From the IMG/VR virus record IMGVR_UViG_3300009008_000133, positions 1-34,691 of that record: DNA of 34,691 nt, one strand, 5' to 3'. A program made the translations under genes and the position numbers. The notes under the pieces were generated by a model, which was not told the DNA's origin, ran no database searches, and was given only the letters and a program-made list of their open reading frames with translations. Source of the DNA: a virus. Lineage: Duplodnaviria > Caudoviricetes. Positions 26,979 through 34,691 of this stretch are shown in pieces (within the stretch, counting starts at the first letter, position 1; the number at the start of each line of letters is the position of its first letter).

Positions 26979-27870
26979 TTGCAAACTCCTTACAGGCTTG
27001 TGCGTTGCGCTCCGACCGGGATGTTGGAGCACTGTTATTTACTCCTCGTTGAAAATGGCCGGGTTTATAATAATCCGGATTTGGTGTTTTCCAACCCTCT
27101 TCCATTGCAATTTCCAGACAGGTGTCTCCGTCCATTCCCCTCTGGACACAACCATTCAGATTTCGTATTAGGCCGTTCGGACCCTTCACAGATTCATACC
27201 TGTCTCTTTTAGGCTTCGCCATCCGGTAATGATAAAATTCGATGAGCTTATCTTGGTATGGTTGTAAATTTTCCTCGATGATTTTTGATTTCAGATGCTC
27301 AAGGAAGGGGTCTTTTTTTGCTTTAGTTTTTTTATTAACTATAGGAGTTGGAACTGGATTAGGATCTGGAGCTGGGGCAGGGGTTGAACGAATTGGCTTA
27401 TTCGTTGAACGAATCGTTAACGAATCGTTAGCATTTCCTTGGGCAGACGTTAACCGAACATACTTTCTTTTCGATATTGAGGTGACCCCATCTTTCTTGA
27501 GCCGCTCATATATTTCAGGGTGGGTCATCGCCATTCTGGAGAACCTGCACTTATCCGACCGGCCCTCAGAATTAAACACCCATGGCTGTCTGATATCCCA
27601 ATTATGGAGGACAAACCCTCCCTCCATAATATCCAGAAACCCCAGCTCGATGAGCGCAGAAACAAAAATACCGGGTTCTCCGTTCCACCCGGCATCTATC
27701 TCAACGTCTTCACCAGTATAATTTTCAAGGACTCCTGTTGGTTTTGTCTCAGCTATTGTCATCCAGAAGTCTAAAAGAGCGAGGACACCATCAGCCCCAA
27801 GTCTCATAAAAAGCTTTTTTCGTTTCCGGTGCGTCTTGAAGCTTAAGGACAACCTTATATCGTCAGGCAT
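26971..27870 (-). CDS. Phage replication initiator (lambda O position)
   Basis: HRKRKKL...LG..GV..LL.FW...AGWNGEP..FV.ALIELGFLD...LHNW...QPW winged-helix N-terminus, Pro-rich linker, first gene after cro. Confidence 0.75.
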   Translation of the reverse strand: MPDDIRLSLSFKTHRKRKKLFMRLGADGVLALLDFWMTIAETKPTGVLENYTGEDVEIDAGWNGEPGIFVSALIELGFLDIMEGGFVLHNWDIRQPWVFNSEGRSDKCRFSRMAMTHPEIYERLKKDGVTSISKRKYVRLTSAQGNANDSLTIRSTNKPIRSTPAPAPDPNPVPTPIVNKKTKAKKDPFLEHLKSKIIEENLQPYQDKLIEFYHYRMAKPKRDRYESVKGPNGLIRNLNGCVQRGMDGDTCLEIAMEEGWKTPNPDYYKPGHFQRGVNNSAPTSRSERNAQACKEFANE

Positions 27871-27887
27871 AATAATTCCTTTTTAAC

Positions 27888-27916
27888 TTGACAAATATTC
27901 CTGTGAGGAGTATTTT
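27888..27916 (+). promoter_or_regulatory. Sigma70-type promoter antisense to cro, pointing toward cI (pRE-like position)
   Basis: TTGACA (27888-27893), 17-nt spacer, TATTTT (27911-27916). Confidence 0.55.
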
Positions 27917-27918
27917 AA

Positions 27919-28131
27919 TCATAATACAGGCTCTATTAGCGATTCAACAGCCAAAAGAATTTCAGCCGGGCAGCGGATATCTCCAGATTCGTATTTGGAA
28001 ATATTTTGCTGAGTCGATTTTAGCTCATGGTCATCGATTAGTTTTTTTGCCAGGCCAGCCTGGGTCAGCTTCAGGGCCTTTCTAATACCTTTAATTTTTA
28101 ACCCGGCTTTTTTGTTAAAGTCAGTTTTCAT
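27919..28131 (-). CDS. cro: Cro-like XRE helix-turn-helix regulator
   Basis: IKGIRKALKLTQAGLAKKL...QQNISKYESG; 70 aa; divergent from the repressor. Confidence 0.8.
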   Translation of the reverse strand: MKTDFNKKAGLKIKGIRKALKLTQAGLAKKLIDDHELKSTQQNISKYESGDIRCPAEILLAVESLIEPVL

Positions 28132-28175
28132 TACATCCTCCTGATATGATTTGAAGAAATTTACTATCTATTAAC

Positions 28176-28192
28176 ATGAATAATTTACACAT
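28176..28192. promoter_or_regulatory. Operator ATGAATAATTTACACAT within the leftward (cro) promoter
   Basis: 15/17 match to the palindrome at 29107; adjoins and overlaps by one base a minus-strand TTGCAA -35 (28192-28197). Confidence 0.65.
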
Positions 28193-28235
28193 TGCAAGCG
28201 TTTTTTAAAATAAATATTCACGAAAGGAGAAAATC

Positions 28236-28604
28236 ATGAGCAGCCAGCACAGCGTATTGCGCCAACTACGGCTGTCTCAGCCCGAAAAATTAACCCAGAA
28301 AGATGTCGCAGAGGGGGCTGGGATATCACAGGGCAACTATTCAAAAAAAGAGAAGGGGGATGTCGCAATTACCTTGACAGACTTGGAGAGGTTGGCTAAA
28401 TTCTACGGCGTTCCAGCCTGGCAGATCCTCCAGGGCAACACTGCTAATTCGAATCAGGAGCCTGAAACCGACAACGGAAACGGAGAAATGATGAAGAGAA
28501 TAATTGAGCTGACCGATGTGATCACGACACTGAATAAGCTGATTAATAAAAAAGATGTTGAGATTGAAAAGTTAAAACAGGAAATCGAACGCAGGGGGGA
28601 GTAG
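28236..28604 (+). CDS. cI: CI-like XRE repressor without S24 peptidase domain
   Basis: LTQKDVAEGAGISQGNYSKKEKG HTH, C-terminal coiled coil, AAGGAG RBS. Confidence 0.8.
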   Translation: MSSQHSVLRQLRLSQPEKLTQKDVAEGAGISQGNYSKKEKGDVAITLTDLERLAKFYGVPAWQILQGNTANSNQEPETDNGNGEMMKRIIELTDVITTLNKLINKKDVEIEKLKQEIERRGE

Positions 28605-28623
28605 CAGCCTTGCCACCAGCCCA

Positions 28624-29013
28624 TTGAGCAAGGCAGTAAGCGATTCGGGCTATATGGTTATAAACGGTGGTGGTGTTGTCGAGGATTACCACTACACGGG
28701 TGACTTTGAGCCACCACGACCAGTGGATTATATGTGTGGTAAGAACCTTGGGGATTTCACCACAGAAAGCATACAAAACAGGTTTTATAAAAGCACCTGG
28801 GAATTGGCCCAGGCCGAGCCTCCGCCGGAAGCGCATATTGTCTATGCCATCGAGCGCCACCTACGCAGCATTCATGTCAAAATAGTGCCTACAAAACACA
28901 ATGACCTATACATAATAATAACAACCATGAAAGACATCCCTGTCTTTAAACCCGCAGTAAAACCCTACTCGTCAAAAAACGTTCTTGACCTTTATAAGTA
29001 CCGCAAAAAATAA
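28624..29013 (+). CDS. Hypothetical protein co-transcribed with the repressor
   Basis: ORF between cI and a terminator; start uncertain. Confidence 0.5.
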   Translation: MSKAVSDSGYMVINGGGVVEDYHYTGDFEPPRPVDYMCGKNLGDFTTESIQNRFYKSTWELAQAEPPPEAHIVYAIERHLRSIHVKIVPTKHNDLYIIITTMKDIPVFKPAVKPYSSKNVLDLYKYRKK

Positions 29014-29034
29014 TCTTTTAAAAACCAACTTCTG

Positions 29035-29069
29035 AAACCCGCTTGGGCTAAGGCTCTCGCGGGTTTTTT
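29035..29069 (+). terminator. Rho-independent terminator ending the cI transcript
   Basis: AAACCCGC...GCGGGTTT followed by a T run. Confidence 0.75.
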
Positions 29070-29101
29070 GTATTTATGTGAATTTATTTGCATATTTACG
29101 C

Positions 29102-29130
29102 TTGACATGAATAATTTATTCATATACGTT
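29102..29130 (+). promoter_or_regulatory. Early rightward promoter (pL-like) with a perfect 17-bp operator palindrome ATGAATAA-T-TTATTCAT (29107-29123)
   Basis: TTGACA, 17-nt spacer, TACGTT; the palindrome fills the spacer. Confidence 0.75.
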
Positions 29131-29180
29131 ATTCACATCTGGAGTTTTTAATTGGCGTTAATTTTAAGAGGAGAAAGGTT

Positions 29181-29423
29181 ATGGAAAAAGATTTAATAGG
29201 ACATGCAAACCATATTTATAGCCAATCTGAGATGACAGCGTTAAGAGTGGAAACAATTGATATTGAAAAAGAAAATGACATACCGCCGTACATAACGATT
29301 GTTGATACTGGAGCACATGACGCTGATGGCTACCACCAAAGAATTAGTATCTCCAGCAAAGAGCAGCTTAACCAGTTAAAGGTATTGCTCAACATGGCTG
29401 AAGATGCGCTGGAGTGGGAATAA
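29181..29423 (+). CDS. Hypothetical protein (first early gene)
   Basis: AGGAG RBS. Confidence 0.7.
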   Translation: MEKDLIGHANHIYSQSEMTALRVETIDIEKENDIPPYITIVDTGAHDADGYHQRISISSKEQLNQLKVLLNMAEDALEWE

Positions 29424-29447
29424 TCAATAATTAAAAGGAGGCCCAAA

Positions 29448-29621
29448 TTGGCAAAGCAAAAGCAAACCACCAACCCTTTAACCCTCATCCTGCTCAACAC
29501 CCGGCAGATCCACAAGCTGGTGGACAGGTATGAGAACGACAGGGTCAGGCTGGCGATTTTTAAAAGCAAGGTTAAGAAAGAGGCCCGGAAAATAATCGAG
29601 GCTGTGGGGAGGGTGAGATGA
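29448..29621 (+). CDS. Hypothetical 57-aa basic protein
   Basis: AGGAGG RBS, TTG start, MAKQKQTTNPLTLILLNTRQIHKLVDRYE...; ATGA overlap with the next gene. Confidence 0.65.
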   Translation: MAKQKQTTNPLTLILLNTRQIHKLVDRYENDRVRLAIFKSKVKKEARKIIEAVGRVR

Positions 29622-30175
29622 TGAGGCTTATTGTTGGATCCAAGTCTGAAAAACTGGCTGATGAGTACTTCAATTATAACTCAGCCAAAGAGATGGAATT
29701 ATCCCGGCTGGCAAATGCGTACCTGAAGCTCAAACCGTTTTTAAAAGCCATTCCACTTCATTATGACAGCTCAGGATATGGCTGGGTGCCGGTAGACTAC
29801 AATGTCTTTAGCGAGCTGGCAAGTGGCGAGCGAGGCGACGGCGAATGCCCAAGGCATGAGGATTTTAAAATTGCAGCATATACCGGAGAGATCGCTGTTT
29901 TTATTATGTGGATGCCCGATGACGACAGGTTTGAACATCCAACTTTTTCTCAGTTTATGGCAGCATATTCAAAGCAAGGTCACATCGAGCTTTACCCTGA
30001 AATGGACGCAGAGACTTATTTAAGGAGCAAACAAAATGGACGCGATAAAAATAGTGCTCGTTGCAGCAATTGCATACCTACTGATCTCATTGATCACCTT
30101 GGCGTTCTTCTTTCTCAGTGCAAGGCCAGAAGAGAGGAATTACACGGGGCTGACCACGCCGGACATTGCGATTGA
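29618..30175 (+). CDS. Hypothetical protein
   Basis: ORF track; its 3' end overlaps the next gene by 140 nt. Confidence 0.65.
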   Translation: MMRLIVGSKSEKLADEYFNYNSAKEMELSRLANAYLKLKPFLKAIPLHYDSSGYGWVPVDYNVFSELASGERGDGECPRHEDFKIAAYTGEIAVFIMWMPDDDRFEHPTFSQFMAAYSKQGHIELYPEMDAETYLRSKQNGRDKNSARCSNCIPTDLIDHLGVLLSQCKARREELHGADHAGHCD

Positions 30176-30233
30176 TATGACGCTGGCGGAGGTGCTGCAT
30201 AGGGATGACTATCAAAACAGGTATGCGAGGTAG
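30036..30233 (+). CDS. Small membrane-anchored protein
   Basis: AGGAG RBS, hydrophobic N-terminal helix. Confidence 0.6.
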   Translation: MDAIKIVLVAAIAYLLISLITLAFFFLSARPEERNYTGLTTPDIAIDMTLAEVLHRDDYQNRYAR

Positions 30234-30235
30234 AT

Positions 30236-30400
30236 ATGTGTTTCATGAACTGTGAATACGAAGGCTGGAGCGGCGAGCCGAACAGGCGCTGCCCTGAAAT
30301 TTGCCCACATGAGGCAGAGGAGTGCTTCGGGTGTGGGGAAATTTTTTATGACGATCAAATAAATAAGCAGGGCCTGTGTGAGGCCTGCGAGGAGGATTAA
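30236..30400 (+). CDS. 54-aa Cys-rich protein (8 Cys)
   Basis: MCFMNCEYEGWSGEPNRRCPEICPHEAEECFGCGEIFYDDQINKQGLCEACEED; TAATG overlap with the next gene. Confidence 0.6.
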   Translation: MCFMNCEYEGWSGEPNRRCPEICPHEAEECFGCGEIFYDDQINKQGLCEACEED

Positions 30401-30585
30401 TGGGATGGCAGGAAGATGCGCTTGAGGCGCTTAACGAAGAAGTTGAGAGAAGGGTTGAAGAGAAGATGAAGAATTACCCTATCAGGATTTTCGACCAGAA
30501 TGATAATGAGATGGATATCACCAAAGAAAACCAGGACGGCGGTGAGTTGTGGCTTTGGGTGGAGGTGCCGGATGACAAAAGTTAA
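30400..30585 (+). CDS. Hypothetical acidic protein
   Basis: GGAGG RBS; coupled to neighbours. Confidence 0.65.
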   Translation: MGWQEDALEALNEEVERRVEEKMKNYPIRIFDQNDNEMDITKENQDGGELWLWVEVPDDKS

Positions 30586-31393
30586 GCTTGGAGTCCACAA
30601 CGAGTGGGTACCAAATTCTGTCTATCACCGTGGACCGGGGGCCAGTAACTCTGACCTCGCCACTTTATATTTTAAATCACCAGCACATCTGAAGTGGCGC
30701 AAAGACCATGTTGAGCCAGGAACCGAAGCGATGAACCTCGGCAGTCTGTTTCATACCTTGGTCTTAGAGCCGGAGCATATGACCCGGAGGTTTCATATTT
30801 TTGAGGGTGAGAAGAGGTCTAAGGTAAAAAAAGAAGAATGGGCCAAGGCTGAAGGCTCAGGGAAGATAGTGGTTAGAGAGAAGGCCACGGCTGATGTCGT
30901 TGAAATGGTTAAGAGCGTGAAGGCTCACCCTGCTGCCGGAGCTTTTTTAGAGCGCATGGATGGGACAATATATGAGCGCCCCATCTATTGGAAAGAAGAA
31001 ACTACGGGTCTTTTGTGTAAAGTGAAGCCGGATATTATTATTCACAACACACAATTGCGTATCCTGGTCGACTTAAAGAAGACACGAGATGCTTCATACA
31101 AAGGGTTCCAGAAGGCTATTGGCACATACCTCTATGATATGCAGGCGGCCTATTATCTTGATGGAGCCAAGGCTGGAACAGGCAAGGACTTCGATGCTTT
31201 TTGCTTCATTTGTTGTGAACCTGAGCCTCCATACGCCGTATCGGTTTATTTGGCAGACGCTGAAATGATTGAAAAGGGCCGTGAGCTTTACAAGCACAAT
31301 CTCGGCATTTTTAAGAAATGTCTAAATACTGGTGAGTGGCCCGGATACCCTAAAGATGTGCAAACGATATCCCTGCCTATGTGGAGGTTATAA
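30572..31393 (+). CDS. RecE/exonuclease VIII-like PD-(D/E)xK nuclease
   Basis: YH...SNSDL...SPAH...GSLFHTLVLEPE...E.PIYW...CKVKPD...VDLKKT...YDMQAAYY; start at MTKVK after GGAGG. Confidence 0.9.
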   Translation: MTKVKLGVHNEWVPNSVYHRGPGASNSDLATLYFKSPAHLKWRKDHVEPGTEAMNLGSLFHTLVLEPEHMTRRFHIFEGEKRSKVKKEEWAKAEGSGKIVVREKATADVVEMVKSVKAHPAAGAFLERMDGTIYERPIYWKEETTGLLCKVKPDIIIHNTQLRILVDLKKTRDASYKGFQKAIGTYLYDMQAAYYLDGAKAGTGKDFDAFCFICCEPEPPYAVSVYLADAEMIEKGRELYKHNLGIFKKCLNTGEWPGYPKDVQTISLPMWRL

Positions 31394-31941
31394 TGGTCAC
31401 CCAAAAAAGAGTTCGGGAGTTGTTCGACTATAGAAGTGACGGGGCGCTCATAAGAAAGGTCAGGGTCGCACAAAGAGTTAGAGTAGGAGATGCGCCAGGA
31501 TGTAAAACACCTTATGGATACCTTATTACAGTTGTAGACGGGGAACACATTTTTAACCACAGGATCGTTTGGCTGTGGCACAAAGGATATATACCAGAGC
31601 ACAACATCGATCATATCAATGGAATTAAAACAGACAATCGCATCGAAAACCTGAGAGAAGCCTCTCCTTCTTGTAACAATCTAAACTCTGGTAAAAGAGT
31701 GGATAATAAGTCTGGAGTAAGAGGTGTTAGCTGGTCAAGGAAAGACAACAGGTGGGTTGCGATATTGTGGAGAAATAAAAAAAGGGGCGTGTTCGGATAT
31801 TACAAAGAGTTTAGCGAGGCCGCACTCGCTCGACTCACAGCGGAGATCTGCCTTGAGATAAAAGGAATGCTGACGAAAAGTTCGGCATACAAATACGCAG
31901 TAAAAAACAACTTAATTAAAAAGGAGTTTATTCATGACTGA
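31393..31941 (+). CDS. HNH homing endonuclease with AP2-like C-terminal domain
   Basis: HRIVW...IDHINGIKTDNRIENLREA...N...NKSGVRGVSW. Confidence 0.92.
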   Translation: MVTQKRVRELFDYRSDGALIRKVRVAQRVRVGDAPGCKTPYGYLITVVDGEHIFNHRIVWLWHKGYIPEHNIDHINGIKTDNRIENLREASPSCNNLNSGKRVDNKSGVRGVSWSRKDNRWVAILWRNKKRGVFGYYKEFSEAALARLTAEICLEIKGMLTKSSAYKYAVKNNLIKKEFIHD

Positions 31942-33367
31942 GAACTTACCGGCAGAAAAAGAAACAAACACTAAGCCTGTTATCACAGCAGGGACAAAGC
32001 CTTACCCGCTCATGCCTAAGAACTTTGACGAGTTTTTTCGGCTGGCGAATATCATCTCGGCTTCTGGTATGGCTCCGAAAAGCCTCCAGCGCCCGGAACA
32101 GGTATTCACTGCCCTCCAGATCGGCAGTGAGATAGGGCTGACCCCCATGCAGGCAGTTACCTCAGTGGCCGTAATTAACGGCATCCCTGCGGTCTATGGC
32201 GATACGCAGCTTGCTCTGGTCAGAGGCTCAGGCCTTCTGGATTATATCCGGGAAGAGTTTGAGGGAACCGGAGATGACCTGACAGCCACCTGTGAGGTTA
32301 AGAGGAAGGATGACGTAATTCCTATCATTCAATACTTCAGCGTGGCTGATGCGAAGCAGGCAGGGTTATGGGGTAAACAAGGCCCATGGAGCCAATACAG
32401 CCGCCGAATGTTACAAATGAGGGCAAGATCTTTTGCTCTTAGAGATGCATTCCCCGATGTACTGAAAGGTATCAAGGCTCAAGAGGAAGTGATTGATTTC
32501 GAGCCGACTGAAGACGGCACATACCAAGCCCCAGCCCTCAATAAGGTCAACGATGCCATCACCGTCGCTAACCAGGGTCAACCCGACACCGAACCAGAGC
32601 CGGATCCTGATCCGCCAAAACCGAAAAAAACCAAGGCCCCTGAGAAAAAGGAAAAGGTTGAGTCTGCTCCATGGGATTACCAGAGCTATAAGAATCAAAG
32701 GACCGGTGACGGCAAGACCACCGGCTTTGCCGCCTATGTCAACGCCAATGCCGACTCTTTCCATGAGCAGTCTGAAGAACGCCAAGATGTCGCTCGGAAA
32801 AAATGGGCCGCCCTGTACGGTAAAAAGCCATTCCCACTCGGTCCTGTTGAAGAGGAGCCTGTGAAAGAGAATCCCGCTGAACCAGAACCTGAGCCTGAAG
32901 AGATGGGTCAGGCCGACGAGGTTGAGTATGTCAAAATTTACGGTGTTGAGATCGCCGAAGGATTTGAAAGAAAGGTCTATCCGCATGAAATTGATAAATG
33001 GCTTGTGGATATCTGGGAACATCCGAGCAAATACAATGATCAGGTGAAAGATAACTCGGAGCAGGCTTTTTACAGGTTTCTGAAATTCTTGTGGGTTAAA
33101 TATCCCGACGGCTCTGAAAAGCGCCTGGTTGATACCGCTGCTGTGAGGCAGGAAAAATACGGCACAGAGCAGGGCTTGCCCGAAGAGGACCAGACACCCC
33201 CAGAAGAACCTGAAAGTGGATCTGAGGATGCAGGGGCTGATGAGGAAGAGAATCTTGGCATAGACCCAGATGGCCTTTACGAATGCCCGAATGCTGGTGG
33301 CGCTCAGGTTAACGGGCAGAGTTGTATTGATTGCCAATATCAAATTGGTTGTCCAGGCCTGGAGTAG
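31934..33367 (+). CDS. recT: RecT-like ssDNA annealing protein with long acidic extension and C-terminal Cys cluster
   Basis: G.EIGLTPMQA...AVINGIPAVYGD...FSVADAKQAGLWGKQGPWSQYSRRMLQMRARSFALRDAFPDVLKG...EE; paired with the RecE-like nuclease. Confidence 0.85.
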   Translation: MTENLPAEKETNTKPVITAGTKPYPLMPKNFDEFFRLANIISASGMAPKSLQRPEQVFTALQIGSEIGLTPMQAVTSVAVINGIPAVYGDTQLALVRGSGLLDYIREEFEGTGDDLTATCEVKRKDDVIPIIQYFSVADAKQAGLWGKQGPWSQYSRRMLQMRARSFALRDAFPDVLKGIKAQEEVIDFEPTEDGTYQAPALNKVNDAITVANQGQPDTEPEPDPDPPKPKKTKAPEKKEKVESAPWDYQSYKNQRTGDGKTTGFAAYVNANADSFHEQSEERQDVARKKWAALYGKKPFPLGPVEEEPVKENPAEPEPEPEEMGQADEVEYVKIYGVEIAEGFERKVYPHEIDKWLVDIWEHPSKYNDQVKDNSEQAFYRFLKFLWVKYPDGSEKRLVDTAAVRQEKYGTEQGLPEEDQTPPEEPESGSEDAGADEEENLGIDPDGLYECPNAGGAQVNGQSCIDCQYQIGCPGLE

Positions 33368-33370
33368 GAG

Positions 33371-33670
33371 ATGACCCTCCACGGCGATTATAACACTCGG
33401 AAGCGCTGCGGGATCAACAAGCGCTCTGTCGCTCGCATGAAGCAGCTCGCCCTGGAACGAGGTATTCGGCACAATGAATGCTCAGGGCGGCTGCTCCGCT
33501 ATATGAATGAGCGGTATCTAAAAAAGCGTATGGCAAATAACATGCGGATCTACGCCGGTCATCTCTGGCTGTTCAGTGGGGAGAGCCTTATCACGGTGTA
33601 TCCGATGCCGAGCAAGTATCATGCGGCGGTGAGGAAATGCATAGCAAGGAGGAAGAAGAATGGCTCTTAG
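33371..33670 (+). CDS. Hypothetical basic protein (possible RelE/BECR-like fold)
   Basis: MTLHG...RKRCG...WLFSGESLITVYP pattern; the fold call is tentative. Confidence 0.55.
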   Translation: MTLHGDYNTRKRCGINKRSVARMKQLALERGIRHNECSGRLLRYMNERYLKKRMANNMRIYAGHLWLFSGESLITVYPMPSKYHAAVRKCIARRKKNGS

Positions 33671-33860
33671 TTGGTTCGATATCAAAGACAAGGTGGATGA
33701 GGCCAAGAGAACACTGAGCTATGCTGATGACATGGCGGATCAGATGGCACGGTTTTTAAAGGGCAGGCTCCGGCATTGTGATGGCTATGTCCTGGCAGAT
33801 CTCAAGCGAGAGCTGAGGGATTTTAACGCTCATACAAAAACCTGGAGGAAGGATGGCTGA
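33660..33860 (+). CDS. Hypothetical protein
   Basis: AGGAGG RBS; overlaps neighbours. Confidence 0.7.
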   Translation: MALSWFDIKDKVDEAKRTLSYADDMADQMARFLKGRLRHCDGYVLADLKRELRDFNAHTKTWRKDG

Positions 33861-33996
33861 TTTTACAATAGATGTGACGGTCTCTGATGATGAGGTGATA
33901 GAGCACGTTGCTCAAAATTATGACCCTGAAGACGTATTCCCAGATAGTGAGCTGAGAGATTGGGCCGAGCGCAATGGGTTCGTTGAGGAGGAGTAA
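33853..33996 (+). CDS. 47-aa acidic protein
   Basis: MADFTIDVTVSDDEVIEHVAQNYDPEDVFPDSELRDWAERNGFVEEE; GGAGG RBS. Confidence 0.65.
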   Translation: MADFTIDVTVSDDEVIEHVAQNYDPEDVFPDSELRDWAERNGFVEEE

Positions 33997-33998
33997 AA

Positions 33999-34160
33999 AT
34001 GGATCACGAAATTAAATGCGTGAATTGTGTGTTTCACGGATATTACGGCAACCTTTTATGCCACCCAGATGACGAGGACAAATCGGTTGAAGAAAGCCGG
34101 TTTAATGTCTGCCCTGAGTGTGGCGCAATCGGTATGGAAAATTTTGTGGAGGTAGAGTGA
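33999..34160 (+). CDS. 53-aa zinc-ribbon protein
   Basis: MDHEIKCVNC...VCPECGAIGMENFVEVE; GGAG RBS. Confidence 0.65.
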   Translation: MDHEIKCVNCVFHGYYGNLLCHPDDEDKSVEESRFNVCPECGAIGMENFVEVE

Positions 34161-34606
34161 TGACTAAAGGAAATTGCGAGCACGGAGTGCCGTTGGGTCT
34201 GCCGTGCGTAATTTGTGCGAGGGAGAAAGGGGAGATGCCCGGGTTAATGATGAGGGGTGTCGAACTCGATTATACCGGAGAGATGATAAAGCCAGAGGAG
34301 CAAAATATCATCGCAGTAATAAAGGCTGCGAGAGAGATCCAAGAGTTCCTGTGGGGTGAGATGAACAGGGACTGTGGCCTGGAGGAATTTAAGCGAATGT
34401 TCCGCAAACGAGTGGCTAAGATCGATGCGGTCAGTATGGACAATCCTCACTGGAAAATTGAGCTTAAGAAGAGGTTGCTTCAAACCGCTGCTATTTCTGT
34501 AAATGTGCTCACAAAGCTGGACAATGATATGATCACTCATGGTGGCACTCACCCTACGCTGCCGAGCAATTTGCCGGAGTTTTACGGCCCGGTGCATGAC
34601 AAATAA
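34160..34606 (+). CDS. Hypothetical protein, possibly a degenerate MazG-like all-alpha fold
   Basis: Start MTKGNCEHG (TGATG overlap). ELKKRLLQTAAISVNVL resembles the ELxQxAA helix, but the acidic ligands are absent. Confidence 0.55.
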   Translation: MTKGNCEHGVPLGLPCVICAREKGEMPGLMMRGVELDYTGEMIKPEEQNIIAVIKAAREIQEFLWGEMNRDCGLEEFKRMFRKRVAKIDAVSMDNPHWKIELKKRLLQTAAISVNVLTKLDNDMITHGGTHPTLPSNLPEFYGPVHDK

Positions 34607-34626
34607 CATAGATTGAGGAGAGAGGT

Positions 34627-34691
34627 ATGAAAAGCGTATTGTTTTATTTCGGAAGTATTTTGCTGGCAAATTGGTTAGTGGTTCAATTTGG
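34627..34691 (+). CDS. N-terminus of a membrane protein, possibly VUT/YhhQ family (truncated by window)
   Basis: MKSVLFYFGSILLANWLVVQFG; GAGG RBS; only 21 complete codons visible. Confidence 0.35.
   Translation, partial: MKSVLFYFGSILLANWLVVQF

Larger units (their letters stand above)
1..34691. mobile_element. Temperate podovirus-type phage/prophage genome segment (both ends beyond the window)
   Basis: Continuous phage gene order: tail fibre, ejection proteins, tail tubes, capsid, portal, terminases, replication, divergent cro/cI switch, recombination genes. No host housekeeping gene seen. Confidence 0.95.

Noticed and set aside
30500-30571. ORF-track N-terminal extensions (also starts at 11561, 24802, 25582, 27032, 31381, 34118)
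   Set aside because: Downstream starts have better RBS or stop/start overlaps; the extensions overlap upstream genes.

Overview
The whole window is part of a temperate, short-tailed (podovirus-type, BPP-1/epsilon15-like head-tail module) phage or prophage. No host genes, integrase or att site are visible. The minus strand (28131 down to 1) carries cro-like regulator, replication genes, a tRNA-like element, a nin-like accessory region, terS, terL, portal, scaffold, major capsid, cement, tail adaptor and nozzle, three ejection proteins (one of 2540 aa) and a tail fibre that runs off the left edge. The plus strand (28236 onward) carries a cI-like repressor and an early operon with RecE-like nuclease, HNH endonuclease, RecT-like protein and many small ORFs. 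The top finding is a gene missing from the ORF track at 24693..24950 (-). It has a strong RBS and an in-frame TGA in a U-x-x-C motif. The TGA is followed by a hairpin whose GGUC loop sits at the same distance from UGA as in the E. coli fdhF SECIS, so this is a candidate phage-encoded selenoprotein. Other notable items are a giant injected polyvalent protein (ADP-ribosyltransferase, zincin-like and radical-SAM/Gp88-like modules), a LECT2-like M23 protein, and a tRNA-like RNA with an expanded anticodon arm. All family assignments come from motif recognition by eye; no searches were run.
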